DNA of 58,271 nt from an uncultured Caulobacterales bacterium. Lineage in GTDB: Bacteria > Pseudomonadota > Alphaproteobacteria > Caulobacterales > Maricaulaceae. The notes beneath the pieces were generated by a model. That model worked only from the letters and a program-made list of their open reading frames with translations, did not search any database and was not told the DNA's origin. Below are positions 49,320 through 58,189 of the stretch, one piece after another. The first letter of the stretch is position 1, and every line of letters starts with the position of its first letter. The stretch lies in contig CALCKU010000033.1 of the NCBI GenBank assembly GCA_937965735.1, positions 1-58,271 on the forward strand. The letters are read 5' to 3'. Both the position numbers and the translations under genes were made by a program.

Positions 49320-49343
49320 GCCCATTCCGTGAATGAAATGGGC
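49320..49343 (-). terminator. Rho-independent terminator after the PQQ-ADH gene
   Basis: Minus strand gcccatt tcattcacgg aatgggc followed by ttttac. Confidence 0.5.
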
Positions 49344-49374
49344 TTTATCGCTAAGACTAAATAGAATAAACGGC

Positions 49375-51537
49375 TTATTTGGGACGCGAAACACTCTCGT
49401 AAAAGTCTTTTGTGCGGTCACTATTCGCCTCGAAGATAACATATTCGCGAATGGATTCAGATTGTTCTTGCGTCAAATTATTGGCAAAATTGGGCATCCC
49501 ATTTTCAGCTAAAGCGCCGCCAAGTAGAATATCATTCCAAAGGTCTGCATCGGAAATTGCCGCTGACGCACGAAGATTAGGGACAAGCCCCATTGAGTAG
49601 GCTTGGTCGCCGTGACAGGCTCCGCACCGATTGGCATAGTGTACGGCTCCCGCTTTTATGACGGCTTCCGTGGCCGTCGACTTTGGCGGCGTTGGCGCTG
49701 TGTACTCGGCCATTTGTATGTCAGGTAGCGTTGCTGTGCCCCCCACTTTATAAACTAAAACCCGACCCACCTTGGCTGCACTGCCTGTTGGCAGAACACC
49801 GCCAAACCCAAGCGCGTATGAGCCGCCCCAGCCTGAGGCGACAGCAATATATTGTTCTCCGTCAATGGCGTAACTGATCGGGGCCGCAACAATGCCTGTT
49901 TGCGTGAAATTGCGCCAGAGCCGTTCCCCTGTTTTGGCATTATAGGCGGCAAAATGTGCGTCCGCAGTGCCTTGAAATACAAGGTTGCCAGCGGTCGAGA
50001 GAATACCCCCGTTCCACGGGCCGCCGTGTTCGAATGTCCAAGCTGGCTTTTGCGCCACGGGATCCCATGCGAGGAGACGCCCTTTAAGCATGGACCGCAA
50101 GGCTCTGAACGTTGCTTTATCTGTTGGCAACATGCCGTAAATAAAGTTCGTGCCTGTATTCCATGCCGCGCCGCCTTCTTGTTTATAATTTTCCATTTCT
50201 TGGTAGACCCACGGCGCTTCTTGCGCGGGGATATAAACCAGACCCGTATCGGGGCTGTAGCTCATTGGATGCCAATTATGCGCGCCCAAAGGTCCAGGCA
50301 GTTGCAAAAACGGGTCTTTGCCTTGATAGCGCGCCTCTGCGGTTTCAACGGGACGACCCGTCTCTTTATCGATATGGGTGGCCCAGTTCACTGGTACGAA
50401 ATTCTCGCCAGAGATAAATTCGCCTGTTTCTCGGTCAATCACGTAAAAGAAGCCGTTTTTCGGCGCTTGCATAATGACTTTACGGGTCGCGCCTTCGATT
50501 TCAAGATCGGCTAAGATCATATGTTGCGTGGCGGTATAGTCCCATGTTTCGCCTGGCGTGGTTTGGTAATGCCAAACATATTCGCCCGTATCAGGCCGTA
50601 CGGCCACGATTGACGATAGAAACAAATTATCCCCGCCTTCGGGTGAGCGTATCGCTTGGTTCCAAGGCGAGCCATTGCCAACACCGACATATAGCAGATC
50701 AAGCTCTGCATCATAGGCCATAGAATCCCACACTGTCCCGCCGCCGCCTGCCGCCCAAAACTCGCCTGTCCAAGTTTCCGCCGCCATTTTCATTGTGTCC
50801 GATTCAAAACCGTCGGCAGGATTTCCGGGAACCGTGTAAAAGCGCCAAATCTGCTCGCCTGTATCTACGTCAAATGCGCCGACATATCCGCGCACACCCA
50901 GTTCCGCGCCGCCATTGCCGATAATCACTTTACCTTTCACGACACGCGGCGCGCCCGTCATGGTGTAAGGCTTGGATTTATCAATGGTTAATACGTCCCA
51001 GACAACCGCGCCTGTTTTACGGTCTAGCGCGACAAGGCGTCCGTCAATGGTCGCGGTAAAGACTTTATCGCCCCAAATCGCAACCCCGCGATTGACCACA
51101 TCGCAACACGCATTGGCTGCTTGTTTTTTATCAATTTCAGGTTCCCAAACCCACAGCTCTGCGCCCGTCTTGGCATCCAAAGCCGTGACTATATTCCACG
51201 TCGATGTCACATACATAATTCCGTCATGGACAATGGGTGTGGCCTCGATACCGCGACTTGTGCCAAGATCATAAGAAAAGGCGAGGCCGAGTTCTTTGAC
51301 CGTCTCAACGGTTATATCATTGAGTTTTGAATGTCTTTGTTCGGCGTAATTGCCGCCATGTGTCACCCATTCCATTGGGGAGGCTTTGAGGATTGTGCCT
51401 TCTGTTACCCCAGCGGTTTGCAGGGATTCGGACTGAGCTTTTGCAGGCGTATCCGAAGCCGTTTTGGCTTTGCAAGCTGAAATTGTCAAAAGAGCCGTCA
51501 GGCAAGCCGTCGTTAAAAGGCGCATAATATTCCCCAT
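49375..51537 (-). CDS. Quinohemoprotein PQQ-dependent alcohol dehydrogenase (type II, with C-terminal cytochrome c domain)
   Basis: Signal peptide. PQQ-propeller W-motifs (e.g. AKTGAELWVWEP and RKTGAVVWDV) and the vicinal Cys pair ANACCDVVNRG. C-terminal haem site CGACHG. Confidence 0.9.
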   Translation of the reverse strand: MGNIMRLLTTACLTALLTISACKAKTASDTPAKAQSESLQTAGVTEGTILKASPMEWVTHGGNYAEQRHSKLNDITVETVKELGLAFSYDLGTSRGIEATPIVHDGIMYVTSTWNIVTALDAKTGAELWVWEPEIDKKQAANACCDVVNRGVAIWGDKVFTATIDGRLVALDRKTGAVVWDVLTIDKSKPYTMTGAPRVVKGKVIIGNGGAELGVRGYVGAFDVDTGEQIWRFYTVPGNPADGFESDTMKMAAETWTGEFWAAGGGGTVWDSMAYDAELDLLYVGVGNGSPWNQAIRSPEGGDNLFLSSIVAVRPDTGEYVWHYQTTPGETWDYTATQHMILADLEIEGATRKVIMQAPKNGFFYVIDRETGEFISGENFVPVNWATHIDKETGRPVETAEARYQGKDPFLQLPGPLGAHNWHPMSYSPDTGLVYIPAQEAPWVYQEMENYKQEGGAAWNTGTNFIYGMLPTDKATFRALRSMLKGRLLAWDPVAQKPAWTFEHGGPWNGGILSTAGNLVFQGTADAHFAAYNAKTGERLWRNFTQTGIVAAPISYAIDGEQYIAVASGWGGSYALGFGGVLPTGSAAKVGRVLVYKVGGTATLPDIQMAEYTAPTPPKSTATEAVIKAGAVHYANRCGACHGDQAYSMGLVPNLRASAAISDADLWNDILLGGALAENGMPNFANNLTQEQSESIREYVIFEANSDRTKDFYESVSRPK

Positions 51538-51598
51538 TTATATTTTAATATTTTGTATATTTTAAATCTTGTTAACTCCGACAATACACATTTTGACA

Positions 51599-52552
51599 TT
51601 AAATGAAATAATCCTTTGTGCGATCAAAAAACCAAAACATTGCCATTGCCGCACTGGCGTAAGTGAGCGTGATTTGCGCAGGGCGTAAGCTTTCACGTTT
51701 GAAACGTTCAAGCCCCCAGAAGAGTATCAGCATGAGCGCGACCACGCAGATCTGCCCAAGTTCAACGCCGAAGTTAAATAAAAGCAGTGCGAGTAATTCT
51801 GTGTCTTTGGGCAAGCCAATATCGCCAAGAGCGCTGGCAAAACCGCATCCATGTATAAGGCCAATTAGAAAACTCAGCAGGTAAGGACGCCGTAATGCGA
51901 GGCTCGTTTGTCCTTTAAATTTACGCATAATTTCGACGGCCATTAAAACGATACTGGCAGCGATTAAGATTTCAATTGGACGAATGGGCAGGGTGATTAC
52001 CCCAAAAACAGCAAGCCCCAAAGTCAAACTATGGGCGAGGGTGAAACTTGTCGCCACGCCAATGATTTGACGACGGGATACCATCATGGTGAGGCAAATC
52101 ACAAAGAGGAGGTGATCCCATCCCCGCAAAATATGATCGACTCCGATCATAAGATAGTGTGAAAGCGGGACGGATTGATCGTGTCCTAAGGTTAATATGG
52201 GATTGGCCGGTTTGATGAGGCCCGATACAGGGCCGCCCTCTAGATAAGTGATTTCAGTGAAAATATCGGTAAGCGTGCGTTCTAATCCGTCAAATCGAAT
52301 GTCTCCACTTTTTAAAGCGCAGTTCAGGGTAAATGTCTCACGGACTGTACCGCTACTTATCTCTTGACGGGCTATGCTTTGTTCACAATCCTCTGGGAAA
52401 TTAGGCGTAATTTTTAAACGTTTTCCGTCAAGGACGGGTTGTTTCCATAGCGCTTGAAACTGCGCAGGAGACGTTTCTGATAGTTTTAAAAAAGCAGGCC
52501 GCACTTCATGGGCGCTTGCTGTTTGGCAGGCTGCAAGTGATACCGCTATCAT
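51599..52552 (-). CDS. HupE/UreJ-family (HupE_UreJ_2-type) membrane protein
   Basis: MIAVSLAACQTASAHEVRP signal, then a soluble N-domain, then the membrane core with IGVDHILRGWDHLLFVICL. Start set at ATG 52552. The ORF track's upstream 44 codons consist of the 12-bp repeat array. Confidence 0.7.
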   Translation of the reverse strand: MIAVSLAACQTASAHEVRPAFLKLSETSPAQFQALWKQPVLDGKRLKITPNFPEDCEQSIARQEISSGTVRETFTLNCALKSGDIRFDGLERTLTDIFTEITYLEGGPVSGLIKPANPILTLGHDQSVPLSHYLMIGVDHILRGWDHLLFVICLTMMVSRRQIIGVATSFTLAHSLTLGLAVFGVITLPIRPIEILIAASIVLMAVEIMRKFKGQTSLALRRPYLLSFLIGLIHGCGFASALGDIGLPKDTELLALLLFNFGVELGQICVVALMLILFWGLERFKRESLRPAQITLTYASAAMAMFWFFDRTKDYFI

Positions 52553-52586
52553 TAAAAAGGTGAAACGCAGATAAACCCTCTCATAA

Positions 52587-52658
52587 ACGATCTTGCAAAA
52601 TTCTTGGCAAAATATCTGGCAAAATCCGTGGCAAAATATCTGGCAAACGATCTGGCAG
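52587..52658. repeat. 12-bp tandem repeat x6 (consensus aatatctggcaa)
   Basis: Units are acgatcttgcaa / aattcttggcaa / aatatctggcaa / aatccgtggcaa / aatatctggcaa / acgatctggcag, head-to-tail. Confidence 0.9.
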
Positions 52659-52697
52659 GTCATAACCGGGCGGGCCATCACCATTTTGGACGCGCTA

Positions 52698-52757
52698 TCA
52701 TTATATAGACCCCCATTATACAGCCCGCCATTATACAGCCCACCATTATATTGGCCA
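52698..52757. repeat. 15-bp tandem repeat x4 (ccattatacagccc[g/a])
   Basis: Two near-identical copies (52713-52727 and 52728-42), one diverged copy at each end. The array abuts the stop codon (52758-60) of the PpiC-type gene. Confidence 0.85.
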
Positions 52758-53654
52758 TCAATTAGGCCCTTCCACTTCTACGGTGTATTTTTCGATCAAA
52801 TTTTTTAACGCCATTTGATTGGTTTCGCGCGTTTTCGTATCAATCCAGACTTGTTGAACTGTATCGCGAACGGTTTCGAATTCAGCCGCTTGCGCAGGCG
52901 TTTGATTATCAATACGGACAATATGAACACCAAAAGGCGAGCTTATAACGCCGTGCCAATACGGACCTGTCTGTGAAAGAGTCTCTTGACTATTTTTTGG
53001 ATTGTCTTTTGGGGCAAAGAGTGCTTTCGCAAAATTCTCACCAAACAAGTTTTTAATGTCCGTCTCGGACACATTCCTGTAACGCTTTTTCAACATGAAC
53101 GGATCGCCAAATGTGGTCATATCAAGCGCGTCATTAGACTGTACCTGCGCAAATAATGCCTGAGCTTTTGTGAAAATATCTTCGCCTTCATCCTTTGACG
53201 GATGTTTTTCAGGACTTAAATATATATGCGTGAAACTTAAAAGCGCTGGCGTGCCAAAGTCAGATTGTCGTGTTTCAAACCATGCGCGTAACACAGCGTC
53301 AGACGGGGCCTCTACCTCTGTTACATCTTCAATTAAAAACCGCATTTTTTGAGCGAGACGTCTGCGAATAATCGTATCGCCCGTATCCAATCCGCGCTTC
53401 ATAGCTTCGCGCACGAGAACATCTTCTTCGATATAGGCATAGAGGAGCGCTTTCAGATCATCATCTGTGGGTTCGCGGCGATTTTCACCTGCAAAGATAA
53501 GCGCTTGGCGCTCCATCTCTGCGGTTTCAACAATTATCGTATTCGTGTCTGTCTGTGTCTTGGCCCATACGGCATGACCCATAAACAATGCCGCGCCGAG
53601 TAAAACAAAATGAACAAAAGGCTCTTTTAAGCTTGCCTTAAAAAAAGACGCCAT
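52758..53654 (-). CDS. PpiC/parvulin-type peptidyl-prolyl isomerase (PpiD/SurA-like), N-terminally anchored
   Basis: N-terminal TM FVHFVLLGAALFMGHAVWA and C-terminal rotamase block GPYWHGVISSPFGVHIVRI. Confidence 0.7.
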   Translation of the reverse strand: MASFFKASLKEPFVHFVLLGAALFMGHAVWAKTQTDTNTIIVETAEMERQALIFAGENRREPTDDDLKALLYAYIEEDVLVREAMKRGLDTGDTIIRRRLAQKMRFLIEDVTEVEAPSDAVLRAWFETRQSDFGTPALLSFTHIYLSPEKHPSKDEGEDIFTKAQALFAQVQSNDALDMTTFGDPFMLKKRYRNVSETDIKNLFGENFAKALFAPKDNPKNSQETLSQTGPYWHGVISSPFGVHIVRIDNQTPAQAAEFETVRDTVQQVWIDTKTRETNQMALKNLIEKYTVEVEGPN

Positions 53655-53659
53655 AGAAA

Positions 53660-55657
53660 TTACTCAGCAGAATACCAAATCGGCGACGTCCAAGCCCTTT
53701 CTTTAAGGGTTGGCTGTAAATCAGGGTGACGCTCAGCCCCCGCTTTCAATGCGTCCCATGTTGACCAACGACAGGTCGGGTTTTCCAGCACACGGACATA
53801 GTAGGCAGCGGATTGCGTCTTATCAAAATCGGGGTCTTGCCAAACTGTACTTAATTCTGGCGCGCCTGAATGTTTTGAGAGTGAACAATCGGATAGGTCA
53901 ACACTGGCCCCGTTATCCGTGCATCGACGCGTCTTCGGATCGGGCTTTCGTCCATCAGAACAGACCGTGTCATAAACTCTTTCTTTTGCGTCAGTTCCGT
54001 CATGCCAAACTTTAACAATTTGGACGCGGTCAAGCGGCGCATTACGCGGGTCACGCATTGCCCAAACAAGGAAGCTTGGCGCGCGGTCAGAGGCGACTAA
54101 ATCGCCGCCCATAGGAACGCCGCGTGCATAAGCTTGGGTAATCATGTCACCCGCGCTTAACAGGCTTTCATCGAAATCATAACTTCCGAAAAATCGGACT
54201 TGAATACGGGGGCCAGACGTGGCGAATGTCTCTTTACGACGCATGCCACTAAAAATTGACTCGCGCGTATTCTCTTCGGCCCAAACACCCGCCAGACCTG
54301 ATGCCCCCCAACGTGTGAACCAGTTCTCGGCATTTTCATCTCTTTCAATCCCGTCCCATGATTTTGCCCCTTTGGGGGGTACGGAACCTCTTGCCTCTGC
54401 CGTCCCATCGACAATACCGACTTTCGACCAATACTCGTCTTCATCAAAAGCTCCGCCTGCGACATGGGAATCAGAAGCGGCGATCAAACCAAATTTATAC
54501 GGGTTTGTCCCTGTTTGACGTTCCAATTCAAATCCGTTGGCAAGCGCTTCACGAATATAACTGCCTGTGATTTTAGAGGTCACATTCGAGGAGAGTAGTT
54601 TCTCGTAAATCTCAAAATCAGCATATTCATCATTCGGTGATAAGGCGGGGTGCGTTTCAGAAGTGCCCTTGACTTGGGACATTTCAACAATCGGTTCATT
54701 GCGTAATCGTTTTGCGTTGAGCACCGCAGTTAAAGCCTTGCCCTTATAATCCGTCATTTTAAACATATCCCCATCCGAGACATTTGAATTATGCGGAACA
54801 GAAATTGAATCTAAGCCTTGTGCGCGCTGATTATCCATCCATGTCCAGAGGTCTTCAGGATTGATCGAATCCAGTGTCGAAAACAGGCGATTGGGCGCTT
54901 TATCTTTAAAAAATACATTTCTGTGCAAATTGCCGCCCGCAAATGTTTGTCCTGAAGAGTCGCGTTCGCTTACAGCCGTATATTCATAGGCTGAAAAAGT
55001 CGTCAGCTTGCCAGGTTCATAATGCCGGTCTGCCGCGTCAATCGCACTCTGCCATGTGCGGTCAATCAAATCGCGGTCATAGATTTCTGGGAAAGGCACG
55101 CCGCTTCGCACAGAGCCACCAATTTTACCAAAGGCCGCCACAATTGCGGCAGGGTCAGTGCTAAACATCGCTTTTGACATCTCTAAATCATTCAGCGGAT
55201 GTCCTTTTGTATCCATGGCGGGGAGAACCCCCATATAAGCTCCGTGATCCGTGGCTGCGACAAAGTCCAAAGGCTGGCTGCCAAGTTTGATGTTATAGCC
55301 AGAGGGGTGACGGATCGTTTCCCCTTTGGCAAAGCGGTAGACATCATCTGGTGTTGAGCGGACATTGAAAATATACGCATCGAACGAGTTTTTTGTATGA
55401 ATATGGGTGTCGCCGAAATAGGCATTACGCGTGGCGCTATAGCCGGGAGTTCGTTCCGTATTCAGGGCAGGGGCTGTACCCGCAAGTGTCTCTGATATCG
55501 GGTCAGCAACTTTTGGTTTGGCGTCTATTGTCGTGGCTGAGGATTTATCAGACACTGTGTCAGACAGCGTCTCTGTGTCAGTGCCCGTGCAGGCGCAGAA
55601 AGTGAGTGCAATCAGGCTCGTGCCCCAAACCAATTTGGCTCGTGTAGCGTGTTTCAT
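53660..55657 (-). CDS. DUF3604-family exported metallo-enzyme-like protein
   Basis: Start at ATG 55657 (MKHATRAKLVWGTSLIALTFCAC). YFGDTHIHTKNSFDAY (PHP-like HxH), ATDHG, and a C-terminal ...TSPIWY, as remembered for DUF3604. Confidence 0.75.
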   Translation of the reverse strand: MKHATRAKLVWGTSLIALTFCACTGTDTETLSDTVSDKSSATTIDAKPKVADPISETLAGTAPALNTERTPGYSATRNAYFGDTHIHTKNSFDAYIFNVRSTPDDVYRFAKGETIRHPSGYNIKLGSQPLDFVAATDHGAYMGVLPAMDTKGHPLNDLEMSKAMFSTDPAAIVAAFGKIGGSVRSGVPFPEIYDRDLIDRTWQSAIDAADRHYEPGKLTTFSAYEYTAVSERDSSGQTFAGGNLHRNVFFKDKAPNRLFSTLDSINPEDLWTWMDNQRAQGLDSISVPHNSNVSDGDMFKMTDYKGKALTAVLNAKRLRNEPIVEMSQVKGTSETHPALSPNDEYADFEIYEKLLSSNVTSKITGSYIREALANGFELERQTGTNPYKFGLIAASDSHVAGGAFDEDEYWSKVGIVDGTAEARGSVPPKGAKSWDGIERDENAENWFTRWGASGLAGVWAEENTRESIFSGMRRKETFATSGPRIQVRFFGSYDFDESLLSAGDMITQAYARGVPMGGDLVASDRAPSFLVWAMRDPRNAPLDRVQIVKVWHDGTDAKERVYDTVCSDGRKPDPKTRRCTDNGASVDLSDCSLSKHSGAPELSTVWQDPDFDKTQSAAYYVRVLENPTCRWSTWDALKAGAERHPDLQPTLKERAWTSPIWYSAE

Positions 55658-55865
55658 ACTATCCCCCAAGCTGTTTTGTAACAGTCTTATATGCTTTAAA
55701 TTTACGGCTCTAGCCGCGTAAAAACTTATTGTGACGAAACATAGTTTAAATTACTAGCAAAAAATGACCCTGCGCCTTTGCCAAACGCATGAGCGGTCCC
55801 AATCCGCCTCTTCGGTTTCGTCTTTACGGCCTAATTTCATAAAGCAATATAACTGTGTTCAGCGC

Positions 55866-56831
55866 TTAATGGGTCGGGGTGAAGGCGGGCTTGATTACAG
55901 CTTCGCCTTGGAAGCTGTAATAGCGCGATACGGTGTACCCTTTATCTTGCATACGCGATTGCAAACAATCTTCGCCAAGTAAATGCCCAATGCCAACGGC
56001 GACAAAACCGGTTCCACTGCCCTCCATAAATTTCGTAAGTTCCTGCGCCCATTTTGTATTTCGATCCGAGAAAAGGGCTGTGTACATTTCGGGTGAGGTG
56101 ACTTTGGCCGCCTGAACAATTTCAGTGGTGAGGAAATCTATATGGCCTACGGCCCATGCTTCTGCCACACGGGTTAAATCGGATCCCAGCGCATTAAAGC
56201 CCGATAAGGCGTCAGAGAGCATCGCCATTTGTACAAATGCGTCTTGATTGGCAGACATTCGAATTTGGCTCTCAATCGTATCTAGATAAAGCACATTTTT
56301 TTGCAGGCGTTTGGCCCGACTTTTCAGCGCCGAGTCGGCTGATAATTCCGCGGATAGCCCAGCCTCTTTCGCGGCGGCAAAGGTTAAAAACTCACTCGCA
56401 AGCCAAGGACGCATCGAATCGATCACTGCGAGATTAAGATTGGCATTATTGACCGCCGCATCTAATAGCTTCAGCTGATAGCTATCGAGCTTATCGGATA
56501 AGCGTTGCCCGTCACGGTAAAGGCCTAAGGACGATGTCAGAATATTCGCCTCAAGCAGGGATTTATCTGTCGTATCGACTTCAAAAAAAATCGTCCCGGA
56601 TGCATCAAAGACCGCGCGCATATCGTCTTTTTCCCATATGGTTTGACTGGGCAGTAAATGAACCGTTCCGTATAGGTAAAGCGTGCTATCCACATCTTTG
56701 ATAACCCAAAGGGGTGGCCCGTCATTCCGGGCTCGGGCCTCATTGATTTTTTCGGTAACGCTTCCGCCTTGGTCACAGCCCAAAAGGCAAAATATGAACC
56801 CAAATAGGATAAATTTAAAAAGGCTCTGCAC
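55866..56831 (-). CDS. TraB/GumN family protein, lipoprotein
   Basis: PPLWVIKDVDSTLYLYGTVHLLP and FFEVD motifs. Start set at GTG 56831, giving VQSLFKFILFGFIFCLLGCDQ (lipobox). The ORF track extends to 56933. Confidence 0.7.
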   Translation of the reverse strand: MQSLFKFILFGFIFCLLGCDQGGSVTEKINEARARNDGPPLWVIKDVDSTLYLYGTVHLLPSQTIWEKDDMRAVFDASGTIFFEVDTTDKSLLEANILTSSLGLYRDGQRLSDKLDSYQLKLLDAAVNNANLNLAVIDSMRPWLASEFLTFAAAKEAGLSAELSADSALKSRAKRLQKNVLYLDTIESQIRMSANQDAFVQMAMLSDALSGFNALGSDLTRVAEAWAVGHIDFLTTEIVQAAKVTSPEMYTALFSDRNTKWAQELTKFMEGSGTGFVAVGIGHLLGEDCLQSRMQDKGYTVSRYYSFQGEAVIKPAFTPTH

Positions 56832-56992
56832 AGAAATCCTGAAATATGAAAGTAAAGACGAAAAGAATAAAGGTCGCAAAAGTAAAGACAACAAAATTAA
56901 GATGACCCAATCATAGCGTAAGCCTTGCGCCAATCAAGCGCTTAGCCTAAAAGGCTCAAAATCCAGTCTTGGATTCACAGTATGCTTTCAAA

Positions 56993-57069
<77 letters not shown>

Positions 57070-57215
57070 TTTTTATGAATATTTTCAAATAGTTACCGAA
57101 GTTATTCTCTATTATGACGTTTTAACTGCGCGTTGGGGCACCTAGGGGGCACCATATCGCTGGTAAAATCATCCCATATAAAGTAACTTAAGAAAATCAG
57201 AAGGAAGTATCGAGA

Positions 57216-57941
57216 ATGGAGAGCATGCCACTTGCAAATGTCAACAAACTAAATGCTAGGCTGATGGCTATCTGGGATGAACACCTTGGCAAAAGTGAAA
57301 GTGAATTACACCCTGTTTACTTTCGGCCCTTTACAACAAATTCATTGACCTTTGTCGGAATGAACCCTTCGTTCAACATCAACGGGATAGCTACGACAGT
57401 TAAAGATACCGAATTTGAAAATCTAGAATTAGACAACTATTTTCTCACATCTAATAACTCTTTCAGTATAGATGTTTCCAACCAGATTGCCGAACTTTCG
57501 GAAGAAAAATATCCAACCTTTTTCAAACAACATGTATTGCTATCTGAAAGATTAAAAGTTTCACATTGGAATCATTTCGACCTGTTTCAATATAGGCAGA
57601 CAAACCAAAAAGACTTTCTACAGAAAGTAGAAAATCGAGATGGTAAATTGAACAACTTTGGGCGAGACCAGTTCAATTTATTTCTGGATGCCCTAAAACT
57701 AAGTTCTCCCAAGATATTATTGCTAGCGAACGCCAGAGCAGCCAAAATTTTTAAGGCGAATACGCAAATGACTTTCTCAAGTGAGATCGGAACTTACCTA
57801 GTAAATTTGGATGGCAAACAAGTTCCAGTATTCCTATCTGGAATGTTAACTGGTGGCAGAGCCTTAGATGTATTCTCAAGAGAGCGGTTATTTTGGCATG
57901 TAGAACGTGTTTACAAGGCACAACAAACCCCCACTTCTTAA
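57216..57941 (+). CDS. Hypothetical protein in an AT-rich segment (possible uracil-DNA-glycosylase-superfamily fold, weak)
   Basis: 241-aa ORF preceded by gaaggaag. FVGMNPS resembles UDG-superfamily motif A (SMUG1 GMNPG, MUG GINPG). The order beta-strand/GxNPx ... NHFDLF ... PKILLLANARAAKIF ... PVFLSGMLTGG is compatible with that fold. No search was run. Confidence 0.55.
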   Translation: MESMPLANVNKLNARLMAIWDEHLGKSESELHPVYFRPFTTNSLTFVGMNPSFNINGIATTVKDTEFENLELDNYFLTSNNSFSIDVSNQIAELSEEKYPTFFKQHVLLSERLKVSHWNHFDLFQYRQTNQKDFLQKVENRDGKLNNFGRDQFNLFLDALKLSSPKILLLANARAAKIFKANTQMTFSSEIGTYLVNLDGKQVPVFLSGMLTGGRALDVFSRERLFWHVERVYKAQQTPTS

Positions 57942-57951
57942 CAAGTGGGGG
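57928..57951 (+). terminator. Hairpin spanning the stop codon of the 241-aa ORF
   Basis: 9-bp stem cccccactt / aagtggggg with a 6-nt loop. There is no clear U-tract. Confidence 0.35.
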
Positions 57952-57992
57952 TAACGGATTGGCTAATCGCCTTTACCACGCTTACGCTATTC

Positions 57993-58119
57993 CCCACGGT
58001 TGTCTGCGTTTTACAACGCGACTTTTAGCTTTTTCCTGCCCATTTAATATGTCCTGACAACGTCACCGGCAAAACCTAAAAAGTCGCCTTGCTAAATCGC
58101 GCGTAACGACAACTGTGGG
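57993..58119. repeat. 127-bp element bounded by 12-nt inverted repeats, with nested and alternative pairings
   Basis: cccacggttgtc (57993-58004) pairs with gacaactgtggg (58108-58119), with one G-T pair. Internal hairpin gcgtt-ttac-aacgc. gcgacttttag (58019-29) can pair with either ctaaaaagtcgc (58076-87) or gctaaatcgcg (58091-101). Confidence 0.5.
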
Positions 58120-58147
58120 AAAAAGCTCTCGGCCGAATGGCCCGAGG
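58120..58147 (-). terminator. Second of two tandem minus-strand terminators
   Basis: Minus strand cctcgggcc-attc-ggccgagag followed by cttttt. Confidence 0.45.
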
Positions 58148-58160
58148 ACGATTTCACGGG

Positions 58161-58189
58161 TTTAAAAAGGAACCCCAATGGGATTCCTT
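58161..58189 (-). terminator. Rho-independent terminator for a minus-strand gene that enters from beyond the window
   Basis: Minus strand aaggaatccc-att-ggggttcctt followed by tttaaa. It lies about 20 nt downstream of a minus-strand open frame that runs into the window edge and stops at 58209-58211 (...IIAMLPRYK*). Confidence 0.5.

Noticed and set aside
49852-50514. 220-aa plus-strand ORF, and similar long antisense ORFs at 28718-29251, 48651-49142, 15229-15696, 25155-25523, 37441-37794 and 42054-42404
   Set aside because: Each lies entirely opposite a gene with strong family motifs (PQQ-ADH, cyclophilin/HNH, porin, addA, trpF, and so on). Their composition is Arg/Ser/Pro-skewed and motif-free, as expected for shadow ORFs.
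52599-52658. TGGCA-N7-TGGCA strings as sigma-54 (-24/-12) promoters
   Set aside because: The GG-to-GC spacing is 11, not 10. The -12 element would read GGC rather than TTGC. The orientation points antisense into the PPIase gene.
57993-58119. Retron msr/msd interpretation of the inverted-repeat element
   Set aside because: There is no reverse-transcriptase ORF downstream on either strand within the window. Two minus-strand terminators follow immediately, which does not fit an msr-msd-RT transcript.
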